Origin: Elusimicrobiota bacterium
Lineage (GTDB): Bacteria; Elusimicrobiota; Elusimicrobia; UBA1565; UBA9628
Reading direction: 5' to 3'
DNA: 64,000 nt
Assembly (NCBI GenBank): GCA_016207605.1
Contig: JACQPJ010000016.1
Location: 2,452 to 66,451 of the forward strand
Shown here piece by piece: positions 28,373 to 36,391 of the stretch. The notes below the pieces were generated by a model. That model was given only the letters and a program-made list of their open reading frames with translations. It did no database searches and had not been told where the DNA came from. Numbering within the stretch: position 1 is the first letter of the stretch; each line of letters starts with the position of its first letter. The translations under genes and the position numbers were made by a program.

Positions 28373-28834
28373 ATGCTGACCATCTCTCGCCGTCTGCTCG
28401 TCAGCGCGCCCGCCGGCGTCGTCCGGCGCTACCTGGGGGACTTGCGCGAGATCGCGCGCTACGACCCCAAGGTGGACGCGGTGGAGCTCGCCGCCGCCGA
28501 CGAAGAGCCCGCGCGGGCCGTCCTTTCGGGGCGGTTCCTCGGCCTGCCTTGGCGCGGAGTCTTCCGTTTCGAGTTCGGCTCGGACGGCGGCTATCGCGGC
28601 GCGATGCTGGAGGGTCCCCTGCGCCGCATGGAGTTCCGCCTGAGTCTGCGCCCGGTCTCCGGGGGAACCATGCTTGAGCACAGCGAGAGCTATAAGCTGT
28701 CCGCCCTCCTGGGCCCGTTTCAGCCCTTCCTGCGGCGCCGGATCGCCTTCCTGCTGGAGACGAAGCTGGACGCCGTCAAGGAAGGCGCCGAGGCCCTCAA
28801 CCGCCGCCTCCACCTCCAAAGCCTGGAGGCCTGA
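28373..28834 (+). CDS. SRPBCC/polyketide cyclase family protein
   Basis: MLTISRRLLVSAPAGVV...YDPKV; START-like pattern. Confidence 0.7.
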   Translation: MLTISRRLLVSAPAGVVRRYLGDLREIARYDPKVDAVELAAADEEPARAVLSGRFLGLPWRGVFRFEFGSDGGYRGAMLEGPLRRMEFRLSLRPVSGGTMLEHSESYKLSALLGPFQPFLRRRIAFLLETKLDAVKEGAEALNRRLHLQSLEA

Positions 28835-28849
28835 CCGGGCCGCGCCGCG

Positions 28850-29260
28850 TCAGCGGCCGTGGCACTTCTTGAACTTCTTGCCCGAGCCGCAATGGCAGGG
28901 CTCGTTGCGCCCGACCTCGGGCGTTGTCTTTACGTAGGTCTCGCCCGGCTTGGCCGGCTCCTCGGCGAAGGCGCCGCTCTCGATGCGCTCCTTGTTCGTC
29001 TCCATCCAGCCCTTGACCGCGGCGAAGTCCTTGACGTCGACGCCGTCGCGCCGCATGTGCAGGGCCAGCGTCCGCATCTGCTTGAGAAAGGCGGGGTCCT
29101 TCCACTTGCGCAGCAGCGTTCCCATCATCCCCTTGGCCGCGGGATCGCCGGCCAGCTCCGGCGGCAGCCGGGGCAGTCCCGGGATGGCGGGCATCTCCGC
29201 CGCGGGGGCCGTCGGCGCCTCGGGCTTCTTGAACGGATTGAGCTTCTGGAGCCAGGACAT
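28850..29260 (-). CDS. Small SEC-C motif protein
   Basis: C-terminal [27 protein letters not shown]. Confidence 0.88.
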   Translation of the reverse strand: MSWLQKLNPFKKPEAPTAPAAEMPAIPGLPRLPPELAGDPAAKGMMGTLLRKWKDPAFLKQMRTLALHMRRDGVDVKDFAAVKGWMETNKERIESGAFAEEPAKPGETYVKTTPEVGRNEPCHCGSGKKFKKCHGR

Positions 29261-29282
29261 GGAGACCTCGCTGGAAAACCGG

Positions 29283-29369
29283 CGGAAGGGGTGGGATTCG
29301 AACCCACGAGGGGCTTGCGCCCCTGGCAGTTTTCGAGACTGCTACCTTCAACCGCTCGGTCACCCTTCC
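29283..29369 (-). tRNA. tRNA-Ser(CGA)
   Basis: GGAAGGG acceptor stem, GCAGT-CTCGAAA-ACTGC anticodon arm, long variable arm, GGTTCGAATCC. The 3' end reads GCCG, so CCA is not encoded. Confidence 0.95.
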
Positions 29370-29459
29370 GTGAACGACGGAGCATTATAGCAGAAGCGCC
29401 GTTTGCTCCATAAAATTTGGATAATAGGGCTCCGCCCGACGGTCCATGAGGTTGAAACG

Positions 29460-31325
29460 ATGACCCCCGAGGAAGCCCTGCGCCGCCGGTGGGGCTACGG
29501 TTCCTTCCGGCCTCTTCAAAAAGAAGCGGTCGAGGCCGCGCTCTCCGGGCGCGACGCGCTGGTCGTCCTGCCCACGGGCGGGGGCAAAAGCCTTTGCTAT
29601 CAACTGCCGGCGGCCATGGGGCGGGGGCTGGTTCTGGTCGTTTCGCCGCTCATCGCGCTGATGGACGACCAGGTGGCGGCGGCGCGCGAGGCGGGGCTGG
29701 CCGCGGATGCATTGCATTCCAACCTGGAAGCCGACGGCCGCGGCGAGGCTTATCGGCGCTTGGCCGCGGGAACGACCGAGCTTCTGTACGTGAGCCCGGA
29801 GCGGCTTCTGGTGGGGGATCTTTTGGAGGACGTTGCCGCGCGGCTTATTTTGATTGCGGTCGACGAGGCGCACTGCGTCTCCCATTGGGGCCACGAGTTC
29901 CGGCCCGAGTACCGCCGCCTGGCCGAGGTCCTGGAGCGCTTCCCCAAGGCGGCGCGCATGGCGCTGACCGCCACGGCCACGCCCGTCGTCCAAGACGACA
30001 TCCGCGCCCAGCTCGCCCTGCGCGAGCCTCTGCGCCTGGTCGGTCATCCCGACCGCGCCAACCTGATCTACCGCGCCTTCCCGCGCCGGGACCAGTCGGG
30101 ACAGGTTTTAGATGTCGTGCGCCGCCATCCCGGCGAGGGCGGAATCGTGTACGCGCAGACGCGCAAGGACGTCGACCGCCTGGCCGCGGGATTAAGAAAG
30201 GCCGGGGTTTCCTGCGCGGCCTACCACGCCGGCCTGCCCGCCGAGCAGAGGCGGCGCGCCCAGGACGACTTCGTCAACGAGCGGCTCGACGTGGTCGCGG
30301 CGACGATCGCCTTCGGCATGGGCATCGACCGCTCCAACGTCCGCTACGTGGTGCACGCCAACACGCCGCGCTCGGTCGAGCACTACCAGCAGGAGTCGGG
30401 CCGCGCGGGCCGCGACGGCCTGCCGGCGGAGTGCGTGCTGCTTTTCTCGGCGTCCGACCTCGTCCTGCACCGATGGCTGGCGCAGAAGGACGGGGCGCTG
30501 GCGCCCGAGCGCCGGCGCGCGCTTGAGCGCCAGCTCCGGGAGATCGGCCGCTACGCCGCGGCCCCGGTCTGCCGGCATCGCCTGCTCGTCGAGCACTTCG
30601 GCGCGGCGTACGCGGCGGGCGGCGAGGGCTGCGCCGCCTGCGACGTCTGCCTGGGCGAGACGAAGAGCCTCTCCGACGACGAGGCCCTGCTCGCGGCCAA
30701 AAAAGTCCTCAGCGCGGCCTGGCGGACGGAGGGCCGCTTCGGCGCGGGCTACGTCGTCGATCTTCTCGTGGGCCGCGCCGACGAGCGCATGCGCCGCAAC
30801 GACCACGACGCGCTCAAGGTCTTCGGGATCCTCAAGGACGCCGGCCAGGCGACGGCGCGCTCCTGGATCGACCAGCTCATCGTGCAGGGTTTTTTAGAGA
30901 CGGCCGAGAGCGGGGACTATCCTCTCCTGCGCATCACCCAGGCCGGCAAGGAGCTCTGCGGCGGTCAAGGGACGGTGCGGCTGGGAGTGCCGGCCGTGCC
31001 GCGCGACCGCGCGCGCGCGAAGACGAAATCCCGTTCCGCCGCCGGCCGGGGGCCGTCCGGCGCGCCGGCCGACGAGGAGCTCTTCGAGCGTCTGCGCCGC
31101 CTGCGGCGGCTGATCGCCCAGAAGCAGGGCGTGCCGCCCTACGTGGTCTTCCACGACAGCGCCCTGCTCGAGATGGCCGCGCTCAAGCCGGGCACGCTCG
31201 ACGCCCTGGGAGGCGTCAAGGGCGTGGGCGAGCGCAAGCTCGCGCGCTACGGCGCGGCTTTCCTCAAGGCGATCGCGGGCGGGAGCCCGGAGGCCGCCGC
31301 GGCGTCCCCGGCCGCTCCATCATAG
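29460..31325 (+). CDS. recQ: ATP-dependent DNA helicase RecQ
   Basis: PTGGGKSLCYQ, DEAHCVSHWGHEFRP, QESGRAGRDG, Zn-binding cysteines, RQC and HRDC (PPYVVFHD). Confidence 0.95.
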   Translation: MTPEEALRRRWGYGSFRPLQKEAVEAALSGRDALVVLPTGGGKSLCYQLPAAMGRGLVLVVSPLIALMDDQVAAAREAGLAADALHSNLEADGRGEAYRRLAAGTTELLYVSPERLLVGDLLEDVAARLILIAVDEAHCVSHWGHEFRPEYRRLAEVLERFPKAARMALTATATPVVQDDIRAQLALREPLRLVGHPDRANLIYRAFPRRDQSGQVLDVVRRHPGEGGIVYAQTRKDVDRLAAGLRKAGVSCAAYHAGLPAEQRRRAQDDFVNERLDVVAATIAFGMGIDRSNVRYVVHANTPRSVEHYQQESGRAGRDGLPAECVLLFSASDLVLHRWLAQKDGALAPERRRALERQLREIGRYAAAPVCRHRLLVEHFGAAYAAGGEGCAACDVCLGETKSLSDDEALLAAKKVLSAAWRTEGRFGAGYVVDLLVGRADERMRRNDHDALKVFGILKDAGQATARSWIDQLIVQGFLETAESGDYPLLRITQAGKELCGGQGTVRLGVPAVPRDRARAKTKSRSAAGRGPSGAPADEELFERLRRLRRLIAQKQGVPPYVVFHDSALLEMAALKPGTLDALGGVKGVGERKLARYGAAFLKAIAGGSPEAAAASPAAPS

Positions 31326-31940
31326 CGGCGGCCTCGGCCGGAAGCGGGCGCCCAGGGACGCGGCGAGGCGCTCCACGGCCTCCAGGTCCACGCCGGGCTG
31401 GTCCACGGCCGTCACCGTCGTCTCCAGGCCGTGGAGGACGCAGGCGGCGGTGAAGTCCAGGACGGCCCGGAACCCAGCCGCGGCGTAGCGGCGCCGAGGC
31501 GCGTGCAGGCGGATCCACTGCGCCGGGTCGGCCGTGTTGAGGCTGACGGAGACCGCGTCAAGCGCGTCCGCCAGCTCGGGGACGATGTCCCTCTCCCAGA
31601 GGAGGCTGCCCAGCCCGATGGTGTTGAGGCGCAGGCGCAGGTCCGGCGCGCAGCGCCGGGCGCGCCGGCTGACGCCCAGGACGGCGTCCAGGCGGTACGT
31701 GCATTCTCCATAGCCGCAGAACACGAGCTCGCGCGAGGCCGTCTCCTCCAGCCGGCCTCGCGCGGCGTCCCAGGCTTCGGCGGCGGAGGGCTCCTCGCGG
31801 CCCAGCTTCAGATCGCGGCCGCGAAAGTCCCACCGCCACGCGCGCTTGACGCAGAAGCGGCAGGCGACCGGACAGCGGTTGGTGAGGTTGAGGTAGACCG
31901 CCCCGGCGTGAACGTAGGCGATCGCTCCCTGATCCCGCAT
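31320..31940 (-). CDS. TatD-associated-type radical SAM protein
   Basis: YLNLTNRCPVACRFC, VFCGYGE, RLNTIG, SVSLN. Start is 31940 or 31952. Confidence 0.85.
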   Translation of the reverse strand: MRDQGAIAYVHAGAVYLNLTNRCPVACRFCVKRAWRWDFRGRDLKLGREEPSAAEAWDAARGRLEETASRELVFCGYGECTYRLDAVLGVSRRARRCAPDLRLRLNTIGLGSLLWERDIVPELADALDAVSVSLNTADPAQWIRLHAPRRRYAAAGFRAVLDFTAACVLHGLETTVTAVDQPGVDLEAVERLAASLGARFRPRPPL

Positions 31941-31950
31941 GAACCGGAAC

Positions 31951-32304
31951 ATGGCGCAACGATCCGGCCCGTCGTTGGCAGATTCGTTGCCGTACCTGGG
32001 GGCCATCGAGCGGCGAGGCCGCGCGGCGCGCTTGCTCGGCGTCGCGCGCTGGGACCGCGCCGACGGCGAGGACCGGGCGCGGCTGGCGGTCACGGTCCGC
32101 GACGGATGGCACGGCCGCGGGATCGGCTCATTTCTGATCCGGATGCTGGCGCGTCATGCGCGGCGGCAGGGGCTGGCGGGCCTGCGCGCGGAGTACGGCG
32201 CGGGCAACTCCGGAATGGAGGCCGCGGCTCGCGCGGCCGGCGGCCGCACGCGCCCCATCGGCCGCGGGTGGCGCGAGGCGGCTTGGGAGCTGTCCCGGGG
32301 CTAA
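31951..32304 (+). CDS. Short GNAT acetyltransferase-like protein
   Basis: LLGVARW...LAVTVRDGWHGRGIGS...GN..M; appears to lack the N-terminal GNAT elements. Confidence 0.65.
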   Translation: MAQRSGPSLADSLPYLGAIERRGRAARLLGVARWDRADGEDRARLAVTVRDGWHGRGIGSFLIRMLARHARRQGLAGLRAEYGAGNSGMEAAARAAGGRTRPIGRGWREAAWELSRG

Positions 32305-32313
32305 GGAGCCGCG

Positions 32314-33531
32314 TCAGCGCTTCCGGCGGGGCTTGCGGGCGGGGGCCGGCGAGACGCCGGCGGCGATCTCGGGCGGCAGGTCGCCGGCCTCGATCTGCGG
32401 TCCGGCGGCCATGATGAGGGCGCGCTCGACGGCGTGCTCGAGCTCGCGCACGTTGCCGGGCCAGGCGTAGGCGCCGAGGGCCCTGACCGCGTCCGGGGAG
32501 AACTGGGAGCCCGGCGAGCCCGTCCGCACGCGGGCCTTCTTGAGGAAGGACTCGGCCAGCGGAAGCACGTCCTCGATCCGCTCGCGCAGGGGGGGGATCT
32601 CGATGGGGAACACCTTGAGGCGGTAGTAGAGGTCCTCCCGGAACTTGCCCTCGGCCACGAGCTTGCGCAGGTCCCGGTTGGAGGCGGCGACCACGCGCGC
32701 CGAGACCTTGATGGGGTGGTTGTCGCCGACGCGGCGGATCTCTCCCTCCTGCAGCGCGCGCAGGAGCTTGACCTGCAGGCCCGGCGTCGTCTCGGTCACC
32801 TCGTCGAGGAAGAGGGTGCCGCCGGAGGCCTCCTCGAAGAGGCCGCGCTTGTTGCGGTCGGCGCCCGTGAAGGAGCCCTTGACGTGTCCGAAGAGTTCGC
32901 TTTCCAGCAGGCCCTCGGGCAGGGCGCCGCAGTTGAGGGCGACGAAGGAGCCGTCGCGCCGGGGGGAGTTCTCGTGGATGGCGCGGGCGACGAGCTCCTT
33001 GCCCGTGCCGGACTCGCCGGTCACGAGCACGGTGGCGTCCGTCGCCGCGACCTTGGCCACCAGCGCGAGGACGCGGCGCATGGCCGCGCTGGCCGAGACG
33101 ATGCGGGAGAACCCCAGCCCTTCCTTCAGCTCGGCGCGCAGGCGCCGGACCTCGCCCAGCAAGTCCCGGTGCTCGATGGACTTGCGCAGGGCCAGGGCCA
33201 GCTCCTCGGGCTCCACCGGCTTGGTCAGGTAGTCGAAGGCGCCGGCCTTCATCGCGGCGACCGCGGTGTCGATGGAGCCGTGCCCGGTGATGACGATCAC
33301 CCCGGTCTCGGGCTGGCTGGCGCGCGCCGCGGCCAGCACCTGCAGGCCGTCGCCGGCGCCCAGGCGCAGGTCGGTGACGACCGCGTCGAAGATCTCCTTT
33401 TCCACGCGCGCGGCCGCGGCCGCGGCCCGCGTCTCCGACTCGACCAGGAAGCCGCGCCGCTTCAGCTCGAGGGAGAACAGCGCCGCCTGCGCGGGGTCGT
33501 CTTCGACCAGCAGGATCCGCTTTTCATCCAT
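32314..33531 (-). CDS. NtrC-family sigma54 activator (REC + AAA+) lacking the C-terminal HTH
   Basis: VVTDLRL receiver; GESGTGKE, ESELFGHVKGSFTGA, FLDEV, FREDLYYRL, WPGNVRELE; ends APARKPRRKR. Confidence 0.92.
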   Translation of the reverse strand: MDEKRILLVEDDPAQAALFSLELKRRGFLVESETRAAAAAARVEKEIFDAVVTDLRLGAGDGLQVLAAARASQPETGVIVITGHGSIDTAVAAMKAGAFDYLTKPVEPEELALALRKSIEHRDLLGEVRRLRAELKEGLGFSRIVSASAAMRRVLALVAKVAATDATVLVTGESGTGKELVARAIHENSPRRDGSFVALNCGALPEGLLESELFGHVKGSFTGADRNKRGLFEEASGGTLFLDEVTETTPGLQVKLLRALQEGEIRRVGDNHPIKVSARVVAASNRDLRKLVAEGKFREDLYYRLKVFPIEIPPLRERIEDVLPLAESFLKKARVRTGSPGSQFSPDAVRALGAYAWPGNVRELEHAVERALIMAAGPQIEAGDLPPEIAAGVSPAPARKPRRKR

Positions 33532-33537
33532 GAAGGC

Positions 33538-34629
33538 TCACCCGGGGGCCGTCGGCAGCAGCAGGGTGAAGGCGGCGCCGCGGCCCGGCTCGCTCTCCAG
33601 TTCGATGCGCCCGCCGTGCGCGCGCGCGATGCGCTCGGCGATGGCCAGGCCCAGGCCGGTGCCGTGCGACTTGGTCGTCTTGAAGGGCTGGAAGATCTCC
33701 TCGCGCGCGGCGGCCGGCACGCCCGGCCCGTCATCCTGGACGCGAAGGAACGCGAAGCCCTCCCGGCGCCCGGTTGCGATGCGCACCAGGCCGCGTCCCT
33801 CGACGGCCTGCGCCGCGTTGAGGGCGATGTTCCAGGCGACCTGGCGAATCTGGTCCGGGTCGAAGCGGAAGGGCTCCAGCTCCGCGTCGAAGGCGGTCTC
33901 CAGCCGGGGCCGCGCGCCGCTGCCGGCGGCCAGGATGCGCGCGATCTCCCCCGCCAGGGCGTTGAGGTCGGCGCGCTCGAGCTTGAGGGGGCGCGGCCTG
34001 GCGTAGGCCAGGAAGTTGGTCAGGGTCTCGTTGAGGCGCGAGCTCTCGTCGCGGAGGATCTTGAGGACCAGGGCGCGGTCTTCCTCCGTCAGGGTTTCTC
34101 CGGCGAGCTGGCGCGCGGCCATGACGATGGAGCCGAGCGGGTTGCGGATTTCGTGCGCGACCACGGCCGCCATCTGGCCGAGTTGGGCCAGCGCCTCGGA
34201 CTGCGCGACGCGCTCCTGGAGCCGGCGCAGCTCGCCGACGTCGACCGCGTTGGAGATGTAGCCGACGATCTCGCCGCGTTCGTCGCGCACGGCCGTGATC
34301 GTGAGGACGATCGGGATTTCCCGCCCGTCCTTGGCGCGGTTGACCAGCTCGCCGCGCCAGAAGCCGACGGCGGGGTCGAGAATCCGCCGCCACATCCCCG
34401 CGTAGATCTCGGGGGTGGTGTGGCGCGAGCGCAGGATGCGCGGGTTGCGTCCCACGGCCTCGGCGCGGGTCCAGCCGTAGTGGCGCGTGAACGCCTCGTT
34501 GACGTCCAGGATCGTTCCCTCGCGATCGCAAAAAAACATGACGTCGTTGGAGTTCTTGAAGGCCTGGTAAAGCGTGAGAGCCAGCTTGTGCTCGCCGCTG
34601 CCGGGGCCGGGTTCTCGCGTTCTGGTCAT
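33538..34629 (-). CDS. Cytoplasmic PAS sensor histidine kinase
   Basis: PAS domain (VNEAF, GRNPRILRS, WRGELVNRAKDG); AHEIRNPL, DDGPG, FKTTKSHGTGLGL. Confidence 0.92.
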   Translation of the reverse strand: MTRTREPGPGSGEHKLALTLYQAFKNSNDVMFFCDREGTILDVNEAFTRHYGWTRAEAVGRNPRILRSRHTTPEIYAGMWRRILDPAVGFWRGELVNRAKDGREIPIVLTITAVRDERGEIVGYISNAVDVGELRRLQERVAQSEALAQLGQMAAVVAHEIRNPLGSIVMAARQLAGETLTEEDRALVLKILRDESSRLNETLTNFLAYARPRPLKLERADLNALAGEIARILAAGSGARPRLETAFDAELEPFRFDPDQIRQVAWNIALNAAQAVEGRGLVRIATGRREGFAFLRVQDDGPGVPAAAREEIFQPFKTTKSHGTGLGLAIAERIARAHGGRIELESEPGRGAAFTLLLPTAPG

Positions 34630-34710
34630 ATTGTTGCTATAGTATCTTGGGTAAAGGCTTGGAAGCGCCGAGAGGATACTAGCGTTTCCGGAGGCCTCCG
34701 GCCACATCCC

Positions 34711-35790
34711 ATGGAACAGAAGCTTGGCTTGCGCGTGGAGCAGAGGCTGGCGATCCTGGGCCGCCTGCGCATGGCGGACTGGATCGAGATGCCCGAGAGC
34801 GAGTTCGCCCGGCAGGTCCGGCGCGTGGAGAAGGACCCGCTTTTTCGCAAGCTCTATTTCGGCGCGCCGGACCTGCCGCCCGCCATACGCCGCCAGCGCT
34901 GGCCGGGGGGCCGCCTGGCCTCGAGCTTCTACGCGGTGGACGAGGGCCGCGTCTCCGCCGGCGAGCGGGTGGACGTCGAGGGGACGCTGGACGCCCGCAG
35001 GGAGCTGCTCGCGGTCATCCGCCGCATGGGCCGTCCCGCTTTCGAACGGTACTTCCTCAACGCCGAGGAGGCCGTCTCTCTGCCCGAGATCGCCCGGCGC
35101 ACCGGCCTGAGCGATGAGGAGGCGCGCGGCGTCAACGACCTTCTGCTGGAGATCGGAGCCCAAGCCGAGTTCGCCGGCGCCCCCAAGACCGCCCCGGCCG
35201 TTCCCGGCGTGGCCTGCCTGGCGCGCCTGGTCCGCGAGGGGGACAAGATCGCCTTTGAGTTCGAGGCGCCCTACTGGGCGCGCGGGCGCTATCAACTGCG
35301 CTACGACGACCTGGAGACATGGAAGGCGTCGGGCCGGCTTACCGGGGGAGAACGCCGCCGCCTGCGCCACCTGCTCAAGCGCCTGGAGACCTTGAACCTG
35401 CGCCAAAGCGCGATCTTCCGCATCCTGGAGTCCTTTGGGACGATCCAGGCGGACTATCTGCGCACGCGCCGTCCGCAGGACCTGCGCCCGGTCAGCCTGC
35501 GCCTGCTGGCGCGGCGCCTCCAACTGTCCCCGAGCACCGTCAGCCGCGCCTTGTCGCACCGCGCCGTGGCCCTGCCCTGGGGAACGCGGGTCCCGATGAT
35601 CGCCCTCGTCCCCGGCCAGCGCCGCGTGCTCAAGGAGGTCCTCTCCCGCTGGCTTCGGGCGGCTCCCTCCGCCACCGACGCCGAGTTCACTCGGCGCTTC
35701 AAGACGGAGCGCGGCATCAGCGTGTCCCGACGCACCGTCAACGCGGTGCGCCACGCCCTGCTCGATCAGCCGGGGTCCGACGATGAATGA
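34711..35790 (+). CDS. Divergent sigma54 (RpoN)-like factor, 359 aa
   Basis: GGAGG RBS. Region-I-like MEQKLGLRVEQRL; HTH LRPVSLRLLARRLQLSPSTVSRA; RpoN-box variant GISVSRRTVNAVR. Confidence 0.75.
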   Translation: MEQKLGLRVEQRLAILGRLRMADWIEMPESEFARQVRRVEKDPLFRKLYFGAPDLPPAIRRQRWPGGRLASSFYAVDEGRVSAGERVDVEGTLDARRELLAVIRRMGRPAFERYFLNAEEAVSLPEIARRTGLSDEEARGVNDLLLEIGAQAEFAGAPKTAPAVPGVACLARLVREGDKIAFEFEAPYWARGRYQLRYDDLETWKASGRLTGGERRRLRHLLKRLETLNLRQSAIFRILESFGTIQADYLRTRRPQDLRPVSLRLLARRLQLSPSTVSRALSHRAVALPWGTRVPMIALVPGQRRVLKEVLSRWLRAAPSATDAEFTRRFKTERGISVSRRTVNAVRHALLDQPGSDDE

Positions 35791-36223
35791 GCCGCGGGGC
35801 GCGGGGATCCGCACGGCGGCGGACTTGATGCGCCCCCTGGCCGTCGTTTTGCGGGAGGACGAGGACGCCTGGGGCGCGGCGCGGCGCCTCTTCGAGGCGG
35901 GCCAGACCGGAGCCCCGGTGCTGGGCGCCGACGGTCGCCTGGCCGGCGTCCTTTCCCAGTCCGACGTCGCCGCCTACCTGCGCGACTGCACGCGCCGCGC
36001 CCAGGACTTCTACGCCGAGCCCGAGCACGATCCCATCGCCGCGCGCCCTTGCGCGACCGTCGGCCAGCTCATGTCCCGCGTCCTCGTCCAGGTGGAGGAG
36101 GACCTCCCGCTCGACGAGGTCGAGCGCCACATGCTCCGCCGCCGCGTCCAGCGCGTCCTGGTGGTGCGCGACGGCCAAGCCCTCGGCGCCATCGCCGCCA
36201 TCGACCTCCTGCGCGTGCGGTAG
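35783..36223 (+). CDS. CBS-pair domain protein
   Basis: AADLM, GAPVL..DGRLAGVLSQSD, TVGQLMSR, GAIAAIDLL. Confidence 0.85.
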   Translation: MNEPRGAGIRTAADLMRPLAVVLREDEDAWGAARRLFEAGQTGAPVLGADGRLAGVLSQSDVAAYLRDCTRRAQDFYAEPEHDPIAARPCATVGQLMSRVLVQVEEDLPLDEVERHMLRRRVQRVLVVRDGQALGAIAAIDLLRVR

Positions 36224-36243
36224 AGGCGCCCCCGCGCGGGCGC

Positions 36244-36362
36244 GCCGCCGTCGGCCTTCCCCCGTCGAGGACGCGGCGGATCGACCGCCGCTCGGGTTCC
36301 GGCGCGGCCGCGGGCCATCGCCGCGCCTCCACACGCCTCGCCGGGGGAAGGCCGACGGCGGC
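36244..36362. repeat. 119-bp REPIN/MITE-like element with 27-bp inverted arms
   Basis: 36244-36270 and 36336-36362 are complementary with one mismatch. Confidence 0.75.
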
Positions 36363-36391
36363 CTACCAGGACGCAGGCGGGCACCGCCCCC

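Noticed and set aside
28285..29369. tRNAs as integration sites for an island
   Set aside because: No integrase, and no duplicated tRNA 3' end was seen in the window.
32434..35814. Very long ORFs 32434-35790(+) and 33538-35814(-) as giant overlapping genes
   Set aside because: They are high-GC antisense shadow extensions of the sigma54-like gene and the PAS kinase. The real starts are 34711 and 34629.
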